Origin: Bacteroidales bacterium
Lineage (GTDB): Bacteria; Bacteroidota; Bacteroidia; Bacteroidales; VadinHA17
Direction: 5' to 3'
DNA length: 47,548 nt
Assembly (NCBI GenBank): GCA_031396165.1
Contig: JANNKF010000444.1
Coordinates: forward strand, 1-47,548
Positions within the stretch are counted from its first letter, which is position 1, and the number at the start of each line of letters is the position of its first letter. The notes beneath the pieces were generated by a model. It saw nothing but the letters and a program-made list of their open reading frames with translations, ran no database searches and was not told the DNA's origin. This document shows, piece after piece, positions 40,041-47,548 of this stretch. The translations under genes and the position numbers were made by a program.

Positions 40041-40973
40041 TCAGGTTTTAATAACTTCTTTTACCAGATTGATAAGCTGCACCCTGCTTTTTACATTGGT
40101 CTTAATGTAGATTCGGTGCGTATGATCTTTTACAGTCTGCAGACTTATAAAAAGTTTTTCTGATATCTCCTTGTTACTTAATCCATTACATATCTCCCTG
40201 ATAATATCAGTTTCTCTTGGAGAAACCTCGAATTGCTTACAGAACTCGTCAAATGATAACTCCTTTGACGGTTCAGCTATAAATGCCGTGAGCAGGGTTC
40301 CATAGTTAAGATATACAGGCAGGAAGGCATTACCTGCAAAGAATGAAAGGATGAAAGCAATAGCTACCGGGATCTGCGACTTGTAGATAATAAGAAGGGT
40401 ACATTGTATCAGCATTACTCCTGCTATTACAGGAGCAATTAATTGTCGGTCAAAAGTATGAATTACAGACTTACCCTTCCCGGGAAAGTAAATAATACCA
40501 GAAACAATAAATGAATAGAACATATTCATTATTATGAAATAATTTCTGATCAGCGAAACAGGTTTTACCTCATTGGTTTTTGCAATAAGATAGCCGACAA
40601 CTATTATCAGGATAAAATTGATGAGGAGGAATGAAAAAACAAACCATCTGTTGATTTTTCTTCCGGTCAGGCCGCAGGCAAGTTGTATAAGCATAAGCCA
40701 GGCAAAAACAAGGAATGGGAGACCAAGAAGTATCGCTATATCTGAAAACCTGGTCATCAGGTCTTCCGAAATGTATGACGAGAGAAAAGCTTTAATTACC
40801 ACCTGGCCCCATATTCCGTAAAAACCGAAAGTAAAGATGAAAACCTGAAAATAGAGAAGAGTCGAAAAGATCCCGTGACGATATTTTTCCCGCAATTTTG
40901 TTGAAAGAATCACGCCACCGGCTGCAATTCCAACGGACAATATAAAAATCAGATAAGTTAAATACTGCAACAT
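40041..40973 (-). CDS. Multi-TM membrane protein with C-terminal LuxR HTH (start likely 40973)
   Basis: About seven hydrophobic segments then SPRETDII...GLSNKEISEKLFISLQTVKDH. Confidence 0.9.
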   Translation of the reverse strand: MLQYLTYLIFILSVGIAAGGVILSTKLREKYRHGIFSTLLYFQVFIFTFGFYGIWGQVVIKAFLSSYISEDLMTRFSDIAILLGLPFLVFAWLMLIQLACGLTGRKINRWFVFSFLLINFILIIVVGYLIAKTNEVKPVSLIRNYFIIMNMFYSFIVSGIIYFPGKGKSVIHTFDRQLIAPVIAGVMLIQCTLLIIYKSQIPVAIAFILSFFAGNAFLPVYLNYGTLLTAFIAEPSKELSFDEFCKQFEVSPRETDIIREICNGLSNKEISEKLFISLQTVKDHTHRIYIKTNVKSRVQLINLVKEVIKT

Positions 40974-41021
40974 TATATAAAGGTATAAACTTTGTTCAAC
41001 CTGTTTGTCAAAAATAGGTAC

Positions 41022-41078
41022 TACCAAAGTATTGCACTACATACTAAAGTAGTATATTTTAAAATCACTACTAAAGTA
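41022..41078. promoter_or_regulatory. Three TAC(C/T)AAAGTA boxes, candidate operator
   Basis: Copies at 41022, 41042 and 41069 in the divergent intergenic region; each is a TAC-N4-GTA dyad. Confidence 0.6.
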
Positions 41079-41103
41079 TGAAGTCGGAGAATTCATACGG
41101 AGT

Positions 41104-41111
41104 TAAATTTG
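41104..41111 (+). promoter_or_regulatory. Bacteroidetes -7 promoter element TAAATTTG
   Basis: Exact TAnnTTTG match 43 nt before the ATG at 41155. Confidence 0.65.
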
Positions 41112-41154
41112 CTTCATAAAACGTTTGGACATTCTCTAATGTAAATTTAAAATT

Positions 41155-41913
41155 ATGGAAACAAATAATGATTACAGGTTAGTTCCAACTTTCGGAAACA
41201 GTTTTGGAACCGGATGGCAGGTTATGATGGATAATTTTCTGAGGTTATTCCTGGTTATAATTATATTAAGTATCGTTACAGCTCCATTTAAAATGTTAAA
41301 CTGGAACCTTGATTTATCAGATCTGCACAAATTCCCATTTAATTTTGATAACGGATTTGATTTTGTACATGATTGGAAAGGTGCCCTTACATTGGGCTCT
41401 CTCGGTATTTTTGCAGCTTTCTTTGTTCTTATAGGCATGCTTTATGCATTTCTTATAGCACCTGTATTTGAATATGGTGGTGATATGATCTTTGTGCAGG
41501 CTGTAAGAAAAATCAAGCCTGATTTTGAATACCTAATTAAAGGTTTTATGCAGAACTATCTGAGCATTGTACTCGCCAATCTCCTTGTGTTCGCACTCGT
41601 GGTACTTGGATTCTTTGCACTCATAATCCCAGGAATTATAATAGCATGCCGGCTTGTTTTTGTTTCCTATATTATTATGGACAAAAAAGTTGACCCGATT
41701 GAAGCAGTTGAAATGAGCTGGAAGCTTACACGTGGACATGGATGGCAGATATTTTTTATGGCAATTGCCTCGATTTTCATTTTTATCTTTGGTTTGCTAA
41801 TGCTGATAGTTGGGATTTTTCCCGCGCTGATATGGATCTGCAGTTCATTCGCATCTCTTTATGAGTCTGTCTTAAGGGAAAAGGAAATAAAGACTGAACC
41901 GGTTGTTGCATAA
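41155..41913 (+). CDS. Uncharacterised integral membrane protein (DUF975-like)
   Basis: LIIPGII...SWKLTRGHGW pattern; several TM helices. Confidence 0.75.
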   Translation: METNNDYRLVPTFGNSFGTGWQVMMDNFLRLFLVIIILSIVTAPFKMLNWNLDLSDLHKFPFNFDNGFDFVHDWKGALTLGSLGIFAAFFVLIGMLYAFLIAPVFEYGGDMIFVQAVRKIKPDFEYLIKGFMQNYLSIVLANLLVFALVVLGFFALIIPGIIIACRLVFVSYIIMDKKVDPIEAVEMSWKLTRGHGWQIFFMAIASIFIFIFGLLMLIVGIFPALIWICSSFASLYESVLREKEIKTEPVVA

Positions 41914-41996
41914 GTGACTATATTATTTTGTTATTAGTCGGTTAAGTGAAAGAAAAAATATTTTAACTTTATCTTTTACTTTAATATCCGGGAAAA

Positions 41997-42974
41997 ATGA
42001 AAACAAGAACTCTGCTTTTACTGCTTGGCATTTTGCTGATCTTACCTGCAACTTCAAACGGACAGGTAGGCAACCTGCTCAGGAATAAAATGAATAAGGT
42101 TGTTAATGCCGGAGCAAAAACTGCCAACAAAGAAGTTGATAGTCAGATTGATACGGCAGTAAATAAAGAAGCTGAAAAAGCCAGAGATAAGGCTGCAGCA
42201 AATAATGAGGAGAGTAAGGCAGCAAATAACCAACCTGCAACTGCCGGAGGAAACTCCGAACAGGGAAGTCAGGCTTCCGGTGGAACAGCGATGAGCGGTT
42301 TATTTGGAAACAAGATTGATCTTAAATATAAGGAGGATTACAGCTTTACCTCAAGGATATATATGGTTTCGGAGACCTATGACAAAAAGGATGTCATGAA
42401 AATCGATCTTTATATGTTTTACAGTTCAAGTAATCCCAGTCTCGGAATTGAAACAAAAACAATCACTACTGAAGAGGAGGGAACCGCACCTGTTGTTGCC
42501 CATATGGTAATGGATGGTGAAAATAAGTGTTTCATTATGCTTACAGACATGAATGGAATGAAAATGGGAATGATATCTGCTATTCCTGATGAAAACAGCG
42601 CCCCTGCTGATGGGAAAAAGAAAAAGGACACACCTCCGGTATTTACAAAAACCGGAAATACAAAAGTAATTGTTGGTTATAAGTGTGATGAATACACTTA
42701 TAAAGATGTTGATGATAATTCAACAGGAAAAGTGTGGTTTACAAAAGATGCAAAGCTTAAGATTGACAAAAAAGGTTGGAATAACACCGGAATGGCTTCA
42801 TATTATGGCAATCCTGAGTTTAATGACGGAATTCTACTCGCAAGTGAAGCTTATGATGATAAAGGTAAACTTACAATGAAATCAGAGACTAAGGAGATAA
42901 ACGAAAATTTTCCATACTCTATTTCTGTGAAGGGCTATACGCTTCGCCAGATGAATATGGGACAGGGGAAATAG
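41997..42974 (+). CDS. Secreted protein, DUF4412-like
   Basis: Signal peptide ending NG/Q; KTGNTKVIVGYKCDEY...VWFT motif. Confidence 0.75.
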   Translation: MKTRTLLLLLGILLILPATSNGQVGNLLRNKMNKVVNAGAKTANKEVDSQIDTAVNKEAEKARDKAAANNEESKAANNQPATAGGNSEQGSQASGGTAMSGLFGNKIDLKYKEDYSFTSRIYMVSETYDKKDVMKIDLYMFYSSSNPSLGIETKTITTEEEGTAPVVAHMVMDGENKCFIMLTDMNGMKMGMISAIPDENSAPADGKKKKDTPPVFTKTGNTKVIVGYKCDEYTYKDVDDNSTGKVWFTKDAKLKIDKKGWNNTGMASYYGNPEFNDGILLASEAYDDKGKLTMKSETKEINENFPYSISVKGYTLRQMNMGQGK

Positions 42975-42982
42975 GAAATTTT

Positions 42983-45268
42983 TTAGAGTTTTTTCAATTT
43001 CGCAAACCTGAGCAGCAGTTTCTTGCTTCCTTCTTTATCAAACTCAACAGTTGCTGTCGTATTAGGGGCCTGTCCCTCAATTGAAACAATTACCCCATTA
43101 CCAAATCTCTCATGCTGTACTGTATCCCCTTCTGCAAATAATGAGGCATCACTTGCAACAAAAACATCTCCCGATTGTGGTGAGGGTAACGTTCGGGTTA
43201 TTTTCTTAAGTTTCTCTTCCTTTTTATAATACTTTGGTTCTTCCCTTATTGTTGTAGGCTTATTTAAAGGTTGGCTGCTTCCGTTAAAGGGTTTTCCCCC
43301 TGTCTGCGGATACTGCAGAAATTTCTGATCGATCTCCTTAAGAAAACGACTGGGACTGCACCTCTCAAGGTTTCCCCATTTATAGCGATTCAGTGCATAA
43401 CTTAGTGTAGCCTGTTTCTCAGCCCTGGTAACGGCAACATAGAAAAGTCTCCTTTCCTCCTCGAGTTCACGTGCACTTCCTGAAGACATAGGCGACGGAA
43501 AAAGTGTGTCTTCCATTCCTACAATGTACACATGTTTAAATTCCAGTCCTTTGGCCGAGTGCATTGTCATAAGTGTAATCTTATTCCTATCCTCTTCATT
43601 TTCAGTGTCCTGATCTGTCAGCAATGCAACATTTGCCATATATGCTTCGAGAGTTGAGGGTTCCCCGTTTGTTTCCGCCGACTCGGTAAAGACTTTTATT
43701 GCATTCAGCAGTTCTTCAAGGTTTTCATAACGACTCACCTCTTCCGGCGATTTGCCCTCTTTAAGCTCACGCATAATACCTGAACCCATTGCTATTTCTC
43801 TGGCTTTTATATAAGCATCAGTTGTATCTGAATTCAGACGCAGATTGTTTATGACATCTGAATATAGCTTAAGCTTTTTCACTGTCCCCTGGTTGAAATG
43901 GTCAGGATATTTCCCAGCGTCACAGACAATGCTCCACACAGTTACCCCTGACAAGGCGGAAATTTCGAATATTTTATCAACAGAAGTATCGCCAATACCT
44001 CGTTTTGGATAGTTTATTGATCTTTTAAGAGCCTCCTCATCTTCCGGGTTTATTACCATCCTGAAATAAGACAAAACATCTTTGATCTCCTTACGCTCAT
44101 AAAATGATAACCCGCCGTAGATCTTATATGGTATATTTTTGCGTCGCAGGGTCTCTTCAAAGATCCTCGATTGAGCATTAGTGCGATAAAGAATAGCAAA
44201 GTCTGACCAGTTCAGCTGTTGTGAAAATTTCTTTTCAAAGATATCAGAGGCAACATTAAAGCCCTCTTCAGAATCGGTTACAGCCTGAAATACCTGGATC
44301 TTTTCGCCGGCCTCATTCATCGATACCACATTTTTCTTGATCTGCCCCTCGTTGTTTGCTATAATTGCGTTGGCAGCATTCACTATTATCTGGGTTGACC
44401 TGTAATTCTGCTCAAGCTTGTAAAGCTGGTAGTCGGTATAATCGTTCTTAAATTCGAGGATATTCTCAATACGTGCCCCGCGGAATGAGTAGATACTTTG
44501 GGCATCATCCCCTACAACACACAGGTTATGGTGTGTTGCAGCCAGTTTTTTTACTATAAGATACTGCGAATAGTTAGTATCCTGGTACTCATCTACAAGC
44601 ACATAGTTGAATCTTGACTGGTAGGCGGAAAGTACAACCGGGAAATCCCTGAAAAGGATATTGGTATTCAGAAGAAGATCGTCGAAATCCATTGCATTGG
44701 CTTTGAAGCAACGTGCAGCATAAGTTCTGTAAATATCGGCAAGCAATGGCATTCTGCTCGCCCTGTCATACTCCTGTGATGAACTGTCGGCTGCATACAT
44801 ACTGGAGGTAACCAGGTTGTTCTTTGCAGATGAAATCCTGGAAGATATTACTCCGGGTTTGTAAATATTATCATCCAGACTAAGTTCCTTTATTATAGAG
44901 CGTATCAGGCTCTTTGAATCTGATGAATCGTAAATTGTAAAATTTGATTTGTAACCAAGTTTATCTCCTTCCATTCTTAATATCTTTGCAAATATGGAAT
45001 GAAAAGTACCCATCCAGAGATACCGGGCTATTTCGGGACTGACTATCCGTGTTATTCTTTCCTTCATTTCTTTTGCAGCCTTATTTGTAAAGGTCAGCGC
45101 GAGTATTTTTCCTGCCGGAACACCCTTCCGCAGAAGATGAACAATACGATAGGTAAGAACACGGGTTTTGCCTGCCCCTGCACCTGCAATAACAAGAGAT
45201 GGTCCCTCGGAGTTTATAACTGCTTGTTTCTGAGATTCGTTCAGATCGCTTAGATAATTAGTCGTCAT
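42983..45268 (-). CDS. pcrA: ATP-dependent DNA helicase PcrA/UvrD (start likely 45268)
   Basis: AGAGAGKT, DEYQDTN, VGDDAQSIY, NYRS, HSAKGLEF, EERRLFYVAVTRA, C-terminal Tudor-like HERFG. Confidence 0.97.
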   Translation of the reverse strand: MTTNYLSDLNESQKQAVINSEGPSLVIAGAGAGKTRVLTYRIVHLLRKGVPAGKILALTFTNKAAKEMKERITRIVSPEIARYLWMGTFHSIFAKILRMEGDKLGYKSNFTIYDSSDSKSLIRSIIKELSLDDNIYKPGVISSRISSAKNNLVTSSMYAADSSSQEYDRASRMPLLADIYRTYAARCFKANAMDFDDLLLNTNILFRDFPVVLSAYQSRFNYVLVDEYQDTNYSQYLIVKKLAATHHNLCVVGDDAQSIYSFRGARIENILEFKNDYTDYQLYKLEQNYRSTQIIVNAANAIIANNEGQIKKNVVSMNEAGEKIQVFQAVTDSEEGFNVASDIFEKKFSQQLNWSDFAILYRTNAQSRIFEETLRRKNIPYKIYGGLSFYERKEIKDVLSYFRMVINPEDEEALKRSINYPKRGIGDTSVDKIFEISALSGVTVWSIVCDAGKYPDHFNQGTVKKLKLYSDVINNLRLNSDTTDAYIKAREIAMGSGIMRELKEGKSPEEVSRYENLEELLNAIKVFTESAETNGEPSTLEAYMANVALLTDQDTENEEDRNKITLMTMHSAKGLEFKHVYIVGMEDTLFPSPMSSGSARELEEERRLFYVAVTRAEKQATLSYALNRYKWGNLERCSPSRFLKEIDQKFLQYPQTGGKPFNGSSQPLNKPTTIREEPKYYKKEEKLKKITRTLPSPQSGDVFVASDASLFAEGDTVQHERFGNGVIVSIEGQAPNTTATVEFDKEGSKKLLLRFAKLKKL

Positions 45269-45301
45269 GATATAGTTTGAATTACAGCCTACCGGGTCTG
45301 G

Positions 45302-45309
45302 CAAATTTA
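45302..45309 (-). promoter_or_regulatory. Bacteroidetes -7 promoter element TAAATTTG for pcrA
   Basis: Exact match; overlaps the ORF-track TTG start, which supports the downstream ATG. Confidence 0.65.
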
Positions 45310-45368
45310 GTAATTACAATTTCAGGTAATCAATTTCATATCACTTTAAAGACTAATATTTATTAACA

Positions 45369-45476
45369 ATTTACTGCAAAGATCGCAAAGATTTAAAACC
45401 CAAGGTCGCAAAGGTATTCATGTTTTTTTGCTTCGTGAACTTTGTGTTTCTTTACTTTGTGTATTTTGCGGTTAAT
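45369..45476. repeat. Degenerate long hairpin of CGCAAAG / CTTTGYG microrepeats
   Basis: Left arm has GCAAAG units, right arm has CTTTGTG/TTTGCG units; G-U pairing on the plus strand. Confidence 0.65.
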
Positions 45477-45541
45477 GGATTTCAAAATATTTAATCATCG
45501 CAATATATCTTAATTTATTATTATTGTATTTGAATATATTA

Positions 45542-45877
45542 ATGAAGAAGAAAATGAAAAGATATGGACAGGTAATTGGTGTTCGACCGGAGCATTTTGA
45601 ACGCTACAAAAAATACCATGCTGCGGTATGGCCGGAAATCCTGAATATGATCAAAAAATGTAATATTCAGAACTATTCCATCTACCATAAAGACGGAATG
45701 CTATTTGCCTATTTCGAATATACCGGTACTGACTTTTGTGCCGACATGGCAAGAATGGCTGCCGATCCAAAGACTCAGGAGTGGTGGTCGGTAATGGAAC
45801 CTATGCAGGACCCGGTGGCAAATCGTAAAAAAGGGGAGTGGTGGGCAAATATGGAAGAGGTATTTCATCTCGACTGA
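45542..45877 (+). CDS. rhaM: L-rhamnose mutarotase family protein
   Basis: YKKYHAAVWPE, NYSIY, LFAYFEY, TQEWW, EEVFHLD. Confidence 0.85.
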   Translation: MKKKMKRYGQVIGVRPEHFERYKKYHAAVWPEILNMIKKCNIQNYSIYHKDGMLFAYFEYTGTDFCADMARMAADPKTQEWWSVMEPMQDPVANRKKGEWWANMEEVFHLD

Positions 45878-45961
45878 CTTCGGAATCTGACCTTATTTTA
45901 TTATACTTGCAGAAGAATATAACAAAGAGAGGATGATTGCGTTTTTGATATTAAGAATTGA

Positions 45962-47191
45962 TTGCCAGTGCGTTATTTTTTTCTAACAATTGCTTTATTA
46001 CTGCCTGTTCTTTCTGAAGCGCAGCTTTCCGCTCCGGGGATGAGTACTGTAAGGTATACCACATACCCATCGGCTCCCGGTGTCAGAGATCCTGTATTCA
46101 TATATTGCAATACAACAGGATCACAGCAGGGAGCTCTGACAGCGATCAGTCCGGAAGACACTGGCCCTTTTGATTTTACATGGAATAAGTGGAGCGAGGT
46201 AACAAAAAGTTTCAGTGAATTTATTAAAACTGATCCTGACGTATTAAGCTCCTCATTAACAAACCTTTCAGAAGGTGGTTACAAAGTTACAATAATCGAT
46301 GAAGACACCGTTTCTCTTACCGGATGGATTCATATTGACAAGCCATTTTCTTTTGCTCAGCTTCAGAACAGGACTTGTGATTATGTAGCATTAAGAGGAA
46401 GAGCGCTGGCAGATACTTTCTATTATAAGGATCCTGCAAATGGAGCTGCACTTAAACTTCCAAATGGTGTGAAGTTTCTATGGTCATCTGAACCATCCTC
46501 ATCAATTCCATTTCCTGACTTTGAGATTAACCCACAGACTTTTCTCCCTCCATTGGTTGATGTGACTTATAAACTTGAGGTCAGCGATAGCTTTGGCTGC
46601 ATAAGCCAGTCCTCTTTCTTCTACGAATCAATCCATGTTAAAGCTGAATTCTCGGCAGGTCCCGTAAAAGGGGAAGCGCCACTGGAGGTGCTTTTTACCG
46701 ATAAATCAGTTCGTGGAGATATTTATAAATGGGAATTTGGGGATGGAAAAGACAGTATATCCGAATTACAGAATCCGGGGTCACATATCTACTATAAACC
46801 CGGAGAATACTCCGTAAAGCTGACAATCGAAAGCCCTTTGCATTGTATTGATTCAATGAGGTTTGATAAGATTGAAGTAGAGCCTTCAGAGCTTCACATT
46901 CCCAATGTTTTCACACCCGATGGAGATGGGTTGAATGATAATTTCACTGTTGAATCCAAATCATTGCGTCTGATAAGCGTCGAAGTATTCAGCCGGAGTG
47001 GCGTTAAAGTCTACAGTTTCTTCGGCGAGGGTGAGGCCCTCAGAGCATGGGAAGGATGGGATGGCAACGTAAATAATTCATCAATCAAAGCTTCTCCAGG
47101 TGTATATTTCTATCTTATTCGTGCGTTCGGCTGGGACGACATTGATTATGACGGAGAGGAATACAGGGGCTTTGTCTATCTGTACCGGTGA
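45962..47191 (+). CDS. PKD-domain protein with T9SS type-B (gliding motility-associated) C-terminal domain
   Basis: GEAPLEVLFTD...WEFGDG...HIY..PGEY; IPNVFTPDGDGLND...GVYFY...GFVYLYR; TTG start. Confidence 0.9.
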   Translation: MPVRYFFLTIALLLPVLSEAQLSAPGMSTVRYTTYPSAPGVRDPVFIYCNTTGSQQGALTAISPEDTGPFDFTWNKWSEVTKSFSEFIKTDPDVLSSSLTNLSEGGYKVTIIDEDTVSLTGWIHIDKPFSFAQLQNRTCDYVALRGRALADTFYYKDPANGAALKLPNGVKFLWSSEPSSSIPFPDFEINPQTFLPPLVDVTYKLEVSDSFGCISQSSFFYESIHVKAEFSAGPVKGEAPLEVLFTDKSVRGDIYKWEFGDGKDSISELQNPGSHIYYKPGEYSVKLTIESPLHCIDSMRFDKIEVEPSELHIPNVFTPDGDGLNDNFTVESKSLRLISVEVFSRSGVKVYSFFGEGEALRAWEGWDGNVNNSSIKASPGVYFYLIRAFGWDDIDYDGEEYRGFVYLYR

Positions 47192-47317
47192 AGGTACTAA
47201 GGAAAGATAAAAGACAAAAGTAAAAAGCCAAAAGGGCCATCGATATCCAAATTAAGTATTTTTCAGGATAACAACTCTTCAGGAAAATTATTTATTGTTA
47301 ACTCTAATCGATTATGT

Positions 47318-47406
47318 GCTAAGCGAAGTCTCCTGACTTCGCTTCCAATGAATGGTGGTCTGAAGACTACATCTTCTTAATGACGAAGTCAGAGACTTCG
47401 CCGAGC
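47318..47406. repeat. REPIN-like unit 1 (three hairpins)
   Basis: AGCGAAGTC-TCCT-GACTTCGCT, GTGGTCTGAAGACTAC, CGAAGTC-AGA-GACTTCG; the outer two are inverted relative to each other. Confidence 0.85.
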
Positions 47407-47465
47407 TATGAGTAACAACTTTTTCAGATAATAGTTTATGTATTGCAGATACTTATGGATGAGGC

Positions 47466-47548
47466 GCTAATCGAAGTCTGCTGACTTCGATTTCAATGCA
47501 TTGTAGTCTGAAGACTACATTTTATACGCGACGAAGTCAGAGACTTCG
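47466..47548. repeat. REPIN-like unit 2 (runs to window edge)
   Basis: Colinear 83-bp direct repeat of 47318-47400 at 148-bp offset, with compensatory stem changes. Confidence 0.85.

Noticed and set aside
296-46161. Many short ORFs in the track that are antisense to, or in alternate frames of, long genes (e.g. 1469-1996, 3698-4201, 16368-16724, 38849-39178)
   Set aside because: Contained within or largely overlapping well-supported genes, with no recognisable motifs; typical shadow ORFs
47318-47548. Possible CRISPR array at the right edge
   Set aside because: Palindromes alternate in orientation and type, the linkers are homologous between units rather than unique spacers, and there are no cas genes in the window

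Overview
Chromosomal window from a Bacteroidetes bacterium, most likely Bacteroidales. This rests on TAnnTTTG promoters, AT-rich ribosome-binding regions with no Shine-Dalgarno motif, a TonB receptor with an N-terminal CarboxypepD-like domain, and a T9SS type-B cargo protein. Gene content, left to right: a complete E. coli-like complex I operon (nuoA partial, B, fused CD, E-N), type II NADH dehydrogenase, cstA, an orphan secreted glycoside-hydrolase-like protein, small metabolic genes (PuuD-like, YdeI-like, purU, dedA, DDAH-like, cupin, tocopherol-cyclase-like, acyltransferase), a minus-strand trpEGDCFBA operon, ogt, a TPP-riboswitch-controlled thiamine uptake operon (TBDR-pnuC-thiN), a membrane-bound LuxR regulator divergent from two genes, pcrA/uvrD, rhaM and a PKD/T9SS protein. 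The ORF track misses a 17-aa Trp-Trp-Trp leader peptide with a full attenuator upstream of trpE. The most unusual signal is non-coding. A ~160-bp MITE-like element with 19-bp terminal inverted repeats occurs three times: two direct copies bracket trpE and its attenuator, and one inverted partial copy carries a nested 20-bp palindrome. There are also tandem REPIN-like units at the right end, 7- and 8-bp microrepeat arrays (one stack in-frame inside pnuC), and a candidate multi-stem RNA after trpA. No transposase, CRISPR array, tRNA or rRNA was seen. All protein calls come from motif recognition, not database searches.
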